DNA of 63,900 nt, counting the filler, from Lama guanicoe (lineage: Eukaryota): NCBI GenBank assembly GCA_013239625.1. It is 77 parts of 76 records of this genome, joined end to end, with 100 filler letters (N's around TTAATTAATTAA, not from the genome) between each part and the next. Parts side by side here need not be neighbours in the genome. Positions count along the whole stretch, not along the records: positions 12,547 to 13,278 come from PNXV01007024.1; positions 13,379 to 14,195 come from PNXV01007027.1; positions 14,296 to 15,035 come from MU054381.1; positions 15,136 to 15,876 come from PNXV01007032.1; positions 15,977 to 16,724 come from PNXV01007036.1; positions 16,825 to 17,522 come from PNXV01007037.1; positions 17,623 to 18,145 come from PNXV01007043.1; positions 18,246 to 18,920 come from PNXV01007045.1; 69 more parts are not named here. The stretch is one strand, 5' to 3'. The notes beneath the pieces were generated by a model, which worked only from the letters and a program-made list of their open reading frames with translations, did no database searches and had not been told where the DNA came from. Positions within the stretch are counted from its first letter, which is position 1, and every line of letters starts with the position of its first letter. A program made the position numbers and the translations under genes. Of the stretch, positions 13,096 to 25,682 are shown piece after piece.

Positions 13096-13479
13096 CGGGT
13101 TGGGTCTCAAACGGACAGACATACCTGCTCGCGCCCGTCCCGACCCTTTTGTCTGTAGTATATCAGAAGCAAAACCAGAAGTACCTTTCCTTAGGGTCAC
13201 TTTCTGTTGAAACCCTTCACTGCCTACTCTGTCAGTTCTAGTAAAACTCAAATTCTTCCAAAGCCCTACACCACGGACNNNNNNNNNNNNNNNNNNNNNN
13301 NNNNNNNNNNNNNNNNNNNNNNTTAATTAATTAANNNNNNNNNNNNNNNNNNNNNNNNNNNNNNNNNNNNNNNNNNNNATGGCATATATAAATTTTGGAT
13401 ACCCTATTAAAAATGTAAAAATTGTTGTTCTTAAAAGGCTGCAAAGTAATGGCGACAGGGGGAGGGGGTTAAGGGAATA

Positions 13480-14160
13480 AATAGCTGAATAAAACAAGAG
13501 AGAGGCCTTACATGGACCAGTGGGCTAGAAAATGATGGGTGTAATTAACCAGAAACCCTGTACCTGAATTCCTCCTTTGGCATACACATAGGGAGTAGGA
13601 TTTGAGATGAATCTTAATGGATAAGTAGGATTTAGATAGAAAAGATGAAAAGTGTTATTTCAGGAACAATGCCAATAAAGCAAATATTTGCAAAATACGC
13701 AATATGAACAGAGGGTTTCAGTTTAGTTTGGCTGGAATATAATTATGACAATAATAAAGAGGAAAGGAGCAAAGACTGAAAATAGGGTGGGTGTAGATAC
13801 TGGTAATTTTGCACCCCCAAAGGAGCTGAACTTCTGTTTAGTGATAAATTTTGAACCACTGATTTATAAACAGGAAAGTAACTGAAAATTTAGGAGGAGT
13901 ATTTTAGGTCTGAATATTGCACAGGATAGATTGAATAGGGAGAGGGTAGTTAAGGAATTGGAAATCAAGAGACCAGGTTCCATATAGTAGTCCAGGAAAA
14001 CTTAACCAGACAGAAAACAAACACAGAAGTCTAGGATAAAGATGATAAGGACTTAGCTGTGCCTTTCCAGGAATAGTGGGAAAAATCAGAAGTGGAAGTG
14101 TGTAAATCTCATCATCATGCTTGGCTAAAAATAAAAAGTGTTGAGGTGAGGAATTGGACA
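13480..14160 (-). mobile_element. L2 LINE remnant (antisense)
   Basis: Purine-rich ATTTGAGATGAATCTTAATGGATAAGTAGGATTTAGATAG...TTTGGCTGGAAT...AGAGACCAGGTT...AGTAGTCCAGG pattern. Confidence 0.5.
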
Positions 14161-14295
14161 AAGCCGAAGAACTTTTGGAATTATGCATAACCAAGNNNNN
14201 NNNNNNNNNNNNNNNNNNNNNNNNNNNNNNNNNNNNNNNTTAATTAATTAANNNNNNNNNNNNNNNNNNNNNNNNNNNNNNNNNNNNNNNNNNNN

Positions 14296-15035
14296 AAATT
14301 CTATATTCAGTATTCTGTATTCTATATCCTAAATTCTGTTTCTGTAATCCAAGTTCTAAATTCTGGGTTCTGTATTTTGTTATCCATATTCTATATACTT
14401 TGTTCTACATTCTATATTCTGTGCTCTATATTCTGCATTCCGTATTCTATATTCTATATTCTGTGTTCTACATTCTATATTCTAAGTCCTATATTCAGTA
14501 TTCTGTATTCTATATTCTGAATTCTGTGTTCTGCATTTCATAATCTAAATTCTTAGTTCTATATACTCTATTCTCTATTCTATATTGTGTGTTCTTAATT
14601 CAATAATCTACATAATATATATTGCATTCCTTATTCTATATTCTGTATTCTGTGTTCTACATTCTATATTCTAAAATCTATATTCAGTATCCTTTTTTCT
14701 ATACTGTAAATTTTGCGTTCTTCATTCCATANNNNNNNNNNNNNNNNNNNNNNNNNNNNNNNNNNNNNNNNNNNNNNNNNNNNNNNNNNNNNNNNNNNNN
14801 NNNNNNNNNNNNNNNNNNNNATATTCTATATTCTGTGTTCTACATTCTATATTCTAAATTCTATATTCAGAATTCTGTATTCTATATTCTAAATTCTGTG
14901 TTCAGCTTTCCATTTCTAAATTCAGGGTTCTATATCCTCTTTTATTTATTCTATATTTTGTGTTCTTCATTCTTTATACCAAATAGAAAATTCTGCATTC
15001 CGTATTCAATATTCTATATTTTGTGTTCTACATTC
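14296..15035 (-). repeat. SatC
   Basis: (TATATTC)n variants throughout. Confidence 0.95.
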
Positions 15036-15304
15036 NNNNNNNNNNNNNNNNNNNNNNNNNNNNNNNNNNNNNNNNNNNNTTAATTAATTAANNNNNNNNN
15101 NNNNNNNNNNNNNNNNNNNNNNNNNNNNNNNNNNNCAGCATCAGGAGCTCATGGCCGCGGGATGGTGGGGGCTCACTGCACTGCCATCAAGACAGCTAAG
15201 GTAGTCACTACAGGCGTGGTGTTTAAAGTAGTGCATTTCATGTTCTTTATTAGGTTTCAACAGGTAGTTAATTAACTGAGTTAATTAACATTGAATAAAT
15301 ATGA

Positions 15305-15830
15305 CGCTTTGTTGAAAAGACAGTTATAGGCAGAATATAAGTTGTGAACACTTTAAAAACGGTTTCACTACTGAAATTTCAGTAGGGAAGATTCAGTTTA
15401 TCTTATTTATGCCTGTCTCTAAAAGTAACAAAGAAACAAGACAGAAAAAGCAGAGGATGATTTCTGTTCTTCCTCTCGGCTTGCAGGTGCCCTCACCTCC
15501 AGTGGCATCCATGCAGACACCAGCACTGAAAGCACTGACACTTAGCAGTGCTCAGAACTGCCTCAGCCCTGAAGACATTGCTGACAAATAGAAGGGGGCC
15601 GCGTCCTGTTACAGCAGGTGCTCTCACTTTGTGGGTCCTTATATAACTGTGCGGTGTTATTCAGGATCGCCCGTTCTACACTGTGTGACGCTGCTACGGT
15701 GTCTCCTAGTTATTTGTTTCTGTAAGTACTCGTATATTTTTTTCAATGTGTGGTACTAGACATCTAAAAATGCTTTTTTTCAGATGAAAAATAATGTGTA
15801 TTTAATATAAAAATCTGAAAAAAGGGACAA
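15305..15830 (+). repeat. Non-satellite duplicated segment, paralogous to 19958-20458
   Basis: Colinear close match including AAAGTAACAAAGAAACAAGACAGAAAA...TTCCTCTCGGCTTGCAGGTGCCCTCACC...AAAATGCTTTTTTTCAGATGAAAAA. Confidence 0.9.
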
Positions 15831-15976
15831 AAGTGTCTATCCTGGTCACACTACTCAGAGATAATAATTAACACTTNNNNNNNNNNNNNNNNNNNNNNNN
15901 NNNNNNNNNNNNNNNNNNNNTTAATTAATTAANNNNNNNNNNNNNNNNNNNNNNNNNNNNNNNNNNNNNNNNNNNN

Positions 15977-16724
15977 CGGAAACACAATCAGTGCATGATG
16001 GAGCTCGAGAGACAACTCCACGCAGCTCTCTTCACACCCCGGTGTTCCTGACTCGGGGGAAGTCCGAGAAATATCTTCCCTGAACTTAGGGAAGCAGCCT
16101 CTGTCTCTGGGATTTCCTGTAAACCACCCTAGCGTTCCCGGGCACAGAGATATTAGGAAAACCCTCAGGGGTGACGAGCTTAGGCATTCCATTAGAACCC
16201 ATGCGTTGCAGACTTTTGGGGGAACCTCACCACGCTCAGGATTCCGGAATCATAATCAGTGCGTGGGGAACTCGAGAGAGAACTCCAGGCAGCTCTCTTC
16301 AGTCACAGGTGTTCCCTATTAGGGGGAAGTCCGAAAAATACCTTTCCTGACTTTGGGAAGGCAGCCTCTATCACTGGGAATTCCGGAAAACACCGCTAAC
16401 ATTCCCTGGCAGAGAGACATTAGGAAAACAATCAGGGCAGTCGAGCGTAGGCAATCCGTTAGAACCCACGCGCTACCGACCTTTGGAGGAAATTCCGCAA
16501 GCTCATGATTCCGAAACCATAATCAGTGCGTGGGGGAGCTCGAGAGACATCTCCATGAAGCTCACTTCAGTCTCAGGTGTTCCCTGTTCGGGGGAAGTCC
16601 GAGAAATATATTCCTTGACTTTGGGGGGCAGCCGGTGACCCTGGGAATTGCAGCGACTAGCAATCCATGGCAGCCAGACATTAGGAAAACCCTCAGGGTA
16701 GACGAGCTTAGGCATTCCATTAGA
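15977..16724 (+). repeat. SatA, ~2.8 units, more diverged copies
   Basis: Recurring CTCGAGAGAC...GGGGAAGTCCGAGAAATA...CATTAGGAAAACCCTCAGGG. Confidence 0.95.
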
Positions 16725-17622
16725 NNNNNNNNNNNNNNNNNNNNNNNNNNNNNNNNNNNNNNNNNNNNTTAATTAATTAANNNNNNNNNNNNNNNNNNNN
16801 NNNNNNNNNNNNNNNNNNNNNNNNATTTATAAAAAGAGGAGTTTGACCTGCTCCCTCCAGACATTTTCAGTGCAAAAATTCTGTAGATCAGATTCAATTT
16901 ATAAAATCTACAGCTGGAGATATTTTCAGATGCTCCTAGTAAAAGCATTTTCTTTCCAAGAGTTATTCATTCTCACAACCTACTTTCCTGCTGCTGCTGA
17001 CTGCAAGCACCATCAGCTCTAAATTATCTCAGCTGATGGAAAGAAGCAATAATACAGATGACTCAAAAATTAAAAATTATCTTTTCATAGCTCTGAAATG
17101 TTCATACAAAGATATATAGTTTTATTTTTTTACTTTTGCTGCAGGAGTGGCAGCAATAAATTTACATTTCCAATTATGTAAATTGCCTAGCTCAAACATT
17201 GCTCAAATACTGATGGCACCTCAACAAATGTTTCCCTGCTTCTTCTACACTTCCTCTGACTTTAGGATGAGAGCCATGCTGCTTTGTGCACATCCCAACC
17301 GGAAAGGGAAGCAGTGAGTGGGGCTTAGTTCAAGACAAAGGGCACCTAGTCTACGATGAAAAGGAGGCCGCAATAATGAAGGGCACATGTGAAAAAATGG
17401 GAGTCAACTATAAAAACCAATGTGTCTTTCCTTGTACATCCATGTCCTAGCGGCCAAATTTTTTTGGATTTTATTTATTGATGTTATGAAAGGATACAAA
17501 TCAATGCCTCTTTTCTTATACANNNNNNNNNNNNNNNNNNNNNNNNNNNNNNNNNNNNNNNNNNNNTTAATTAATTAANNNNNNNNNNNNNNNNNNNNNN
17601 NNNNNNNNNNNNNNNNNNNNNN

Positions 17623-18145
17623 ATTATGTGTTTTGCGTTCCATTTCTAAATTCTGGGTTCTGTATTCTGTTTTCCATATTAAATATACTTTTTTCTAAAT
17701 TCGATATTCTGTATTCTATATTCTGCATTCCATATTATGTATTCTTAATTTTGTGTTCTATATTCTATACTCTAAATTCTATATTCAGTATTCCATATTC
17801 TACATTCTAAATTCTGTGTTCTCCATACCATGTTCTAAATTCTGGTTTCTACATCCTCTATTCTATATTCTATATCCTGTGTACTACATTTTATAGTCTA
17901 AATCATATATTCAGCGTTCTGTATTCTTATTCTAAATTCTGTGTTCTGCATTCAATGTTCTAAATTATGGATTCTATATTTTGTTTTACATATTTTATAT
18001 TATGTGTTCTAGATTCTATATTTGTATTCTATATTCTGCATTCCGTATTCTACATTATATATTCTGTTTTCTACCATCTATTTTCTAAATTCAATTTTCT
18101 GTATTCTGTATTCTAAATTCTAAATTCTGTGTTCTGCATTCCATG
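17623..18145 (-). repeat. SatC
   Basis: (TATATTC)n variants. Confidence 0.93.
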
Positions 18146-18245
18146 NNNNNNNNNNNNNNNNNNNNNNNNNNNNNNNNNNNNNNNNNNNNTTAATTAATTA
18201 ANNNNNNNNNNNNNNNNNNNNNNNNNNNNNNNNNNNNNNNNNNNN

Positions 18246-18920
18246 TACATTAAAAGGTTTATACATTATGATTAAGTCCATTTCCTTCCAGGCAGGCAAA
18301 AGTAATTCATTACCCAGAAATTAATTAATATGATGCATCACACTAACAATTTGAAGAATAATTATTACATGGTCACCTAGAAAGAGTCATAAAATTTTGT
18401 GACATATTCAGTATCTATTTAAGATTTTATTTCTCCTCAAAGTGGGCATAAGGAAACATACTTCAACACAGTTAAGGTCATATATGATAAGAACTCATCT
18501 AACATGACACTCACTGATTAAAAGCTGAAGGCATCTCCTTTAAGAGCAGGAGGAAGTCAAGAATGCTCACTCTTACCACTTTTATTAAGTATCGTATTGG
18601 AAATTCTAGCCATAGCTATCCAAAATAAAAGTAAATAAAATTAGCTATTTCAGAAAAGGAGTAAAAGAATGTGTTTGCAGAATTAAGAGCAGGAGGAAGT
18701 CAAGAATGCTCACTCTTACCACTTTTATTAAGTATCGTATTGGAAATTCTAGCCATAGCTATCCAAAATAAAACTAAATAAAATTAGCTATTTCAGAAAA
18801 GGAGTAAAAGAATGTGTTTGCAGATGAAATACTTTAAAAAGAAACCCTAAAGAAGATGCCACTATACTACGAGGGCATATCAATGCATTTGGTAAAATTT
18901 CAGAATGTAAAATTAACATA
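18246..18920 (+). mobile_element. Old LINE-1 ORF2 RT fragment with internal 143-bp tandem duplication
   Basis: AAAGCTGAAGGCATCTCCTTTAAGAGCAGG...ACTCTTACCACTTTTATT...TTGGAAATTCTAGCC...TGTTTGCAGATGA; TAAGAGCAGG at 18541 and 18684. Confidence 0.88.
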
Positions 18921-19020
18921 NNNNNNNNNNNNNNNNNNNNNNNNNNNNNNNNNNNNNNNNNNNNTTAATTAATTAANNNNNNNNNNNNNNNNNNNNNNNN
19001 NNNNNNNNNNNNNNNNNNNN

Positions 19021-19226
19021 CGGACTTCCGGTTTCAGGGAACACTTGTGCTTGAAGAGGGCTGGGTGAAGTTTCCTCTCGAGCTCCCCACGCACTGACAA
19101 TGGTTCCGGAATCCTGAGCGTGTGGAGTTTACACCAACGGTCGGCAGCACGTGGGTTCTAACGGAATGCCTAAGCTCACCTCCCCTGGGTTTTTTCCTAA
19201 TGTCTCTGTGCCAGGGAATGCTAGGG
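19021..19226 (-). repeat. SatA partial unit
   Basis: CTCTCGAGCTCCCCACGCACTGACAATGGTTCCGGAATCCTGAGCGTG. Confidence 0.93.
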
Positions 19227-19326
19227 NNNNNNNNNNNNNNNNNNNNNNNNNNNNNNNNNNNNNNNNNNNNTTAATTAATTAANNNNNNNNNNNNNNNNNN
19301 NNNNNNNNNNNNNNNNNNNNNNNNNN

Positions 19327-19557
19327 GAAATAAGCCACAAAGAGAAAGAAAAATACCATATGAGATCGCTTACATTTGGAATCTAAAAACAAAAACAAAA
19401 ACAAAAACAAAAACAAAAACAAAAAACAAAGAAACAAAAAGATAAACTTATCTACAGAACAGAAACAGACACAGAGACATAGAAACCAAACTATGGTTAC
19501 CAGAGGGGAGAGGGTGTGGGAAGGAATAAATTGGGAGTTCAAGATTTGCAGATGCAG
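19327..19557 (+). mobile_element. LINE-1 3' UTR fragment with (CAAAAA)n tract
   Basis: AAAGAGAAAGAAAAATACCATATGAGATCGCTTAC...AGAAACAGACACAGAGACATAG...GGTTACCAGAGGGGAG. Confidence 0.9.
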
Positions 19558-19957
19558 NNNNNNNNNNNNNNNNNNNNNNNNNNNNNNNNNNNNNNNNNNN
19601 NTTAATTAATTAANNNNNNNNNNNNNNNNNNNNNNNNNNNNNNNNNNNNNNNNNNNNAAACAGAAAAATACCCCAATTTCCCTCCCCCCAAAAAGACCCC
19701 AAAAAAAGAAAAAAAGAAAATTTTTTTCCAAAAAAACCCCTGATTTTAATTTTGATTTAAATACTTAAAAAAAAAGAAAAATAGAAAAGATGAGTGACAC
19801 TGTGAACAAAAAGCCCAGCTGGGCTAACAATCTAAGTCACAAATCTAAGTGTGATAANNNNNNNNNNNNNNNNNNNNNNNNNNNNNNNNNNNNNNNNNNN
19901 NTTAATTAATTAANNNNNNNNNNNNNNNNNNNNNNNNNNNNNNNNNNNNNNNNNNNN

Positions 19958-20458
19958 ATGATCTTTGTTGAAAAAACACTTATAGGCAGAATATAAGCTG
20001 TGAAGAATTTAAAAATGGTTTCATTACTGAAATTTCATTTGGGAAGATACACAGTTTATCTTATAAATGCCTCTCTTTTAAAGTAACAAAGAAACAAGAC
20101 AGAAAAGGCAGAGGATGATTTCTGTTCTTCCTCTCGGCTTGCAGGTGCCCTCACCCCCAGTAGCATCCATCCAGACACCAACGTGCTCAGAACTGTCTCA
20201 GCCCTGAAGACACTGCTGACAAACAGAAGGGGGCTGCGCCCTGTACAGCAGGTGCTCTCACTTTGTGGGTCCTTATGTAACTGCGTGGTGTTAATCAGGA
20301 TCGCCCGTTGTACATGGTGTGACGCTGCTGCCTTGTCTCCTAGTTACTTGTTTCTCTAAGTATTCATGTATTATTCTCCAATGCGTGGTACTGCACACCT
20401 GAAAATGCTTTTTTTCAGATGAAAAAGAATGCATTTAAAATAATATGTCTGAAAAAGG
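19958..20458 (+). repeat. Non-satellite duplicated segment, paralogous to 15305-15830
   Basis: Direct alignment by eye; carries a ~23-nt deletion relative to the other copy. Confidence 0.9.
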
Positions 20459-21493
20459 NNNNNNNNNNNNNNNNNNNNNNNNNNNNNNNNNNNNNNNNNN
20501 NNTTAATTAATTAANNNNNNNNNNNNNNNNNNNNNNNNNNNNNNNNNNNNNNNNNNNNTGACTACAGGGACCCCCAAGTCTGGCTAGTGCACCGTGGTCA
20601 AATCACTTTCCATGACTAAACTTGAGGCATTCAGAAATTCAGACACACACAACTGACACAATGGAAAGAAACAACATTTTTCAGGTGCCTAGTTGGCTGT
20701 TGAGTGAAAGGATGAGAGTCATGTTCAGCACGTTTTCTTTTCCCACATCTGAGGTCTTCTGGTGTCACTACGGACATGAACAGCCCGGAAATCTTCAGAA
20801 TTACCTGGCGGACACTGGCTCTTGTCCAGCTGCTTCGTCACACTCGTTCTGATTTTCTGGTAAGAAATTCAGAGACAGCAGGTCACAATAAACAAATCAT
20901 ACCTCACACACGCCAACTCACAACCACAAGGACGTTAATATTCTCAGGGCAACAACAGAATATTTTATGAACGGTATTTCAGGACACTGAAGTCTTAGGA
21001 AAATTAGACAGGACTGCTTCCAAGTGCTTGGGGGAAATTCTCTGGCTGATCTTTCTCTGGTTGAGCTTTCTCCCAATATCCTATCAGCTGAGTCTGAAGA
21101 TTTCATACTTTATTTTCCCTCAAAGTCCTAGAAATCAGCTGAGTTTCCGTCTAGAATTCTTCCTACAATATTGGTTCATCCCATCAGATAATGTGCTTGC
21201 TGATATTACGGAGGCATTTCTGCCTGAGAGAGGATGAATTCTACCGACTTTCAAATTAAAGAGAAAATTTGGGGCTACACAGAAACAATGGGTATTCAAG
21301 GATGGAGGGACTGCCAGAGCCCAGCCGTACTTCATGGGAAAATGCAAGCAAGGTAAAGGGACACTTGGTTCTTTCCTGGTTTTCAGATTCCAANNNNNNN
21401 NNNNNNNNNNNNNNNNNNNNNNNNNNNNNNNNNNNNNTTAATTAATTAANNNNNNNNNNNNNNNNNNNNNNNNNNNNNNNNNNNNNNNNNNNN

Positions 21494-22247
21494 ACACAGA
21501 ATTTAGAGTATAGAATAGAGAATACTGTATATAGTTTTAGAAAATAGAATGTAGAACACAGAATATAGAATATAGAATGAAGAATACAGAATATAAAATT
21601 TAGAACACAGAATATAGAATATGGAAAACTGAAAACAGAAGCCAGAATTTAGAACATGGAATGCAGAAAACAGAAATTAGAATATAGAATACATACAACT
21701 GAAAATAGAATTTAGAATATAGAATTAAGAACACAGAATATAGAATATAGAATACGGAATGCAGAATNNNNNNNNNNNNNNNNNNNNNNNNNNNNNNNNN
21801 NNNNNNNNNNNNNNNNNNNNNNNNNNNNNNNNNNNNNNNNNNNNNNNNNNNNNNNNNNNNNNNNNNNNNNNNNNNNNNNNNNNNNNNNNNNNNNNNNNNN
21901 NNNNNNNNNNNNNNNNNNNNNNNNNNNNNNNNNNNNNNNNNNNNNNNNNNNNNNNNNNNNNNNNNNNNNNNNAGAACATGGAATGCAGAACACAGAATTT
22001 AGAATGTAGAACACAGAACACTGAATATAGAGCTTATAATATAGAATTTAGAACACAGAATATAAAATAGAGGATAGAGAAAATAGAAGCCAGAATTTAT
22101 AAAATGGAATTCTGAACAAAGAATTTAGTATATAGAATACAGAATTCTTAATATAGAATTTAGAATATAGAATTTAGAACACAGTATTTAGAATATACAA
22201 TAAAGAATATAGAAACCAGAATTTAGAACATGGAATGCAGAACACAG
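21494..22247 (+). repeat. SatC
   Basis: (GAATATA)n variants. Confidence 0.95.
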
Positions 22248-22892
22248 NNNNNNNNNNNNNNNNNNNNNNNNNNNNNNNNNNNNNNNNNNNNTTAATTAAT
22301 TAANNNNNNNNNNNNNNNNNNNNNNNNNNNNNNNNNNNNNNNNNNNNAGCCAGGATGAAATATATGTGACAAAAAGTGCCTGTCAAGTCCTCTTAAGGAC
22401 TAGTTCTTTCATTGTTTTGTTTGTTTGTTTTCTTTTGTTTGTTCTTTTATCTTGGAAACATGGGTTGTATCTGCTTGGCTGTTACAGGGAGGAGGTTCTT
22501 TTCTGCCTTTGCAATTTCTTGGTAGATTTCCTGTGGTGCGTATCACATTTTGATTTCATGCTTCTTCGATAATAAAAGTATTCTCTCTCTCTGCTACCTC
22601 TGTAGAAAGAATATCTAGATTGGGAGAAGATTTTGTTTTTAAATATGTTTTCCCAATACTTGAAAAGCCTATGCCTTCCCAAGTGAGCTGGTAACATGGA
22701 TACATGAAACACGGTAGTGTAAAGGCACATCAATGGCAGTAACAAGGGCAAACTAGAGTATGCATATCACTATTAGTGGCACGATAATTCAATTTTTAAG
22801 CACTAGCCAATATAAATAAAACTTCAGGTCACGGACTCCCATTTTGCAGCCCTGTTTTATTAATTAGCTGTGTTCTTGGGAAAAAAAAGTAT

Positions 22893-23239
22893 TGTTAAAA
22901 ACAACAAAAGAGGCTCAAAATTGAGTCACTTGTGGTAAGCCCCATGTCACCAAACTGAGACTTAATTACGGTGTCAGGTCTCCCAGAAATGGAATCTTCA
23001 AACAGTGCATCTGGAATCATCTGATCAGCGTTAGTTACATAATCCAGCTGGCCGACTCCCGCCATCTATTGCAAAGGAGAGGAACTTTGCAATAACCAAC
23101 ACTGCTTTTTTGCCTAGGAAAACCGCCTTATCCTGTTCCCTTCTGCATATGAAATCTCATTTTTTTACCACTCTTTGGAATTCCTTTATGTCTGATTTCA
23201 TTTGGATGCTGCTCAATTCAAATTGATGTCTGCTCAAAT
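22893..23239 (+). mobile_element. ERV1-type LTR (MER34/MER39-like), truncated by fragment end
   Basis: Starts TGTTAAAA...AAAATTGAGTCACTTGTGGTAAGCCCCATGTCACCAAACTGAGACTTAA and ends ...GCTCAAAT just before the expected poly(A) signal. Subfamily is from recollection. Confidence 0.6.
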
Positions 23240-24027
23240 NNNNNNNNNNNNNNNNNNNNNNNNNNNNNNNNNNNNNNNNNNNNTTAATTAATTAANNNNN
23301 NNNNNNNNNNNNNNNNNNNNNNNNNNNNNNNNNNNNNNNAAAAAAATGGATAAAAAGGCATAAGTCACTTACTGAGGAATTACCAATGGTCAATAAAGAT
23401 GGAGGAAAGTTCACGTTTCTGATAATCTCACAAATCTCAGCATCACTTTAACCCTATTTAATTGCCAACTCAGGGTGAGAGAGGGTCAGGTGGTGGCTAC
23501 TGCCAGATAACTGGGGTGGGGTGGGGAGTGTCTGGTTACTAGCTTCCTGGGGAGGTATTTGGTGGTAAGTTTCAGGAGACTAAAATCCTCTGGTCAATTG
23601 GCCGGGGATTCTTCTTCTGGAAAGCCGTCATTAGAAATGAAAAAGAGATGTGAACAATGCTTTTTGCACAGTGATGTTCTTTACTTTCTATTTATAATAT
23701 CAAAAACTGGAAAAAAGTTAAATGAAAAATTGTATTGGAGTGGTAGATTATGGTACATTGATGATTCTGAAAAAAAGTCTGATTTTAAAGAAATGTAATG
23801 ATTTGTAAATGTTCACTATATAGTTTTTCAGTAAAAGTATAGAATTCATCCTAGAGAACGTGTCTCTAGAATTTAGGGCAGGGGATTTCGGTTGGGATCA
23901 TTAACTTGCATTTTTAATCCTTTTTTGTTTTTTATAAGAGGTACCATATATGTATGAGTCTATGTGTATTTGAGGTGCAGTATGTGTAAGTCAGTCAGTC
24001 TGCTCTACAAGAAACTGATCCAACTCT

Positions 24028-24291
24028 GGCGCCCCCCGCCGGGCCTCGCGCCGCCTTCCGCGCTCCCCCCCGCTTCCGGCTCTTTCGGCCCTGGCCTGAG
24101 AGGAGGCGCGGGGAGCCCCGGAGGGAGGGGGGAGGTGTCAGGCGCGTGCCCGCGCCCTCCGACCGCCAGCCGCGGGGGCGCGCTCCGCCGGCCCCAGAGG
24201 CGGCGCGGGGCCGAGGGAGGCGGCCGCTCCGGCTGCGGGGGCGGCGGCCGGGGCTGCAGCTGCGGGGGCGGCGGCGCGCCGGGGGCCGCGC
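24028..24291 (+). promoter_or_regulatory. Edge of a CpG island, probable housekeeping-gene promoter/5' UTR
   Basis: Abrupt switch to very GC/CpG-rich DNA with a GC box (CCCCGCC) and two ETS-type CTTCCG motifs (24055, 24073); truncated by the linker. Confidence 0.75.
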
Positions 24292-24391
24292 NNNNNNNNN
24301 NNNNNNNNNNNNNNNNNNNNNNNNNNNNNNNNNNNTTAATTAATTAANNNNNNNNNNNNNNNNNNNNNNNNNNNNNNNNNNNNNNNNNNNN

Positions 24392-25582
24392 TACTCCTGG
24401 GCCTGCAAACTCCTGGGCCTGTACAATCCTGGGCCTGCACCCCCCCGGGCCTGCCCGGGCCTGGGCCTGCACACTAATGGGGCTGCACACAACTAAGTAT
24501 GCACCCTCCTGGGCCTACACACTCTTCTGTCTGCACACTCCTGGTCCTGCACACTCCTGGGCCTGCACACTCCTCTGTCTGCACATTCTTCGGCCTACAG
24601 CTCCTAGGCCTGCACACTCCAGGGCCTGCNNNNNNNNNNNNNNNNNNNNNNNNNNNNNNNNNNNNNNNNNNNNNNNNNNNNNNNNNNNNNNNNNNNNNNN
24701 NNNNNNNNNNNNNNNNNNNNNNNNNNNNNNNNNNNNNNNNNNNNNNNNNNNNNNNNNNNNNNNNNNNNNNNNNNNNNNNNNNNNNNNNNNNNNNNNNNNN
24801 NNNNNNNNNNNNNNNNNNNNNNNNNNNNNNNNNNNNNNNNNNNNNNNNNNNNNNNNNNNNNNNNNNNNNNNNNNNNNNNNNNNNNNNNNNNNNNNNNNNN
24901 NNNNNNNNNNNNNNNNNNNNNNNNNNNNNNNNNNNNNNNNNNNNNNNNNNNNNNNNNNNNNNNNNNNNNNNTCCTGGCTATCTCCTTGGCCTGAAGACTC
25001 CTAGGCCTGTTCGACTTCTGTCTGCACACCTCTGGGCCTGCACACTACAGGGCCTGCACATACCTGGGCCTGCACGAACCTGGGCCTCTTCACTGCTGGT
25101 CCTGCCCTCTGCTAGGCCTGCACACTCCTGGAACTGCACAGTCATGGTCCTGCACACTCCTGGACCTGCAAACCCTTGGGCCTGCACAATCCTGGGCCTG
25201 TACGCTCCTGGGCCTGCACACTCATTGCCTGTTCCCTCCTGTGCCTGCACACTCCTGGGCCTGCTCCCACCTATGCCTGAACACTCCTAGGCCTGTTCCC
25301 ACGTGTGCCGGCACACTCCTGGGACTGCACACTCCTGGGCCTGCCCTGGCCTGGGCCTGCACCCTCCTCTGTCTGCACACTCCTGGGACTGCACAGCCCG
25401 AAGCCTGTACACACCTGGACCTGCACACTTCTGTCTCTGCACACTCTGGTGTCTGCACACTCCTGGACATGCACACTCCTGGGCCTATACACTCCTAGGC
25501 CTGCCATATCTTGGCCCTGGACACACTTCTGTTTGCACACTCCTGGGGCTGCACACTCCTGGGCCTGCACACTCTTGGGCAT
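24392..25582 (+). repeat. 16-bp-unit satellite/minisatellite (CTCCTGGGCCTGCACA)n (SatD)
   Basis: Dozens of degenerate CACTCCTGGGCCTGCA units fill the fragment on both sides of the gap. Confidence 0.95.
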
Positions 25583-25682
25583 NNNNNNNNNNNNNNNNNN
25601 NNNNNNNNNNNNNNNNNNNNNNNNNNTTAATTAATTAANNNNNNNNNNNNNNNNNNNNNNNNNNNNNNNNNNNNNNNNNNNN

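Noticed and set aside
19658..19790. A/C/T homopolymer-rich stretch
   Set aside because: It looks like low-quality sequence next to a poly(A) tract; no interpretable feature.
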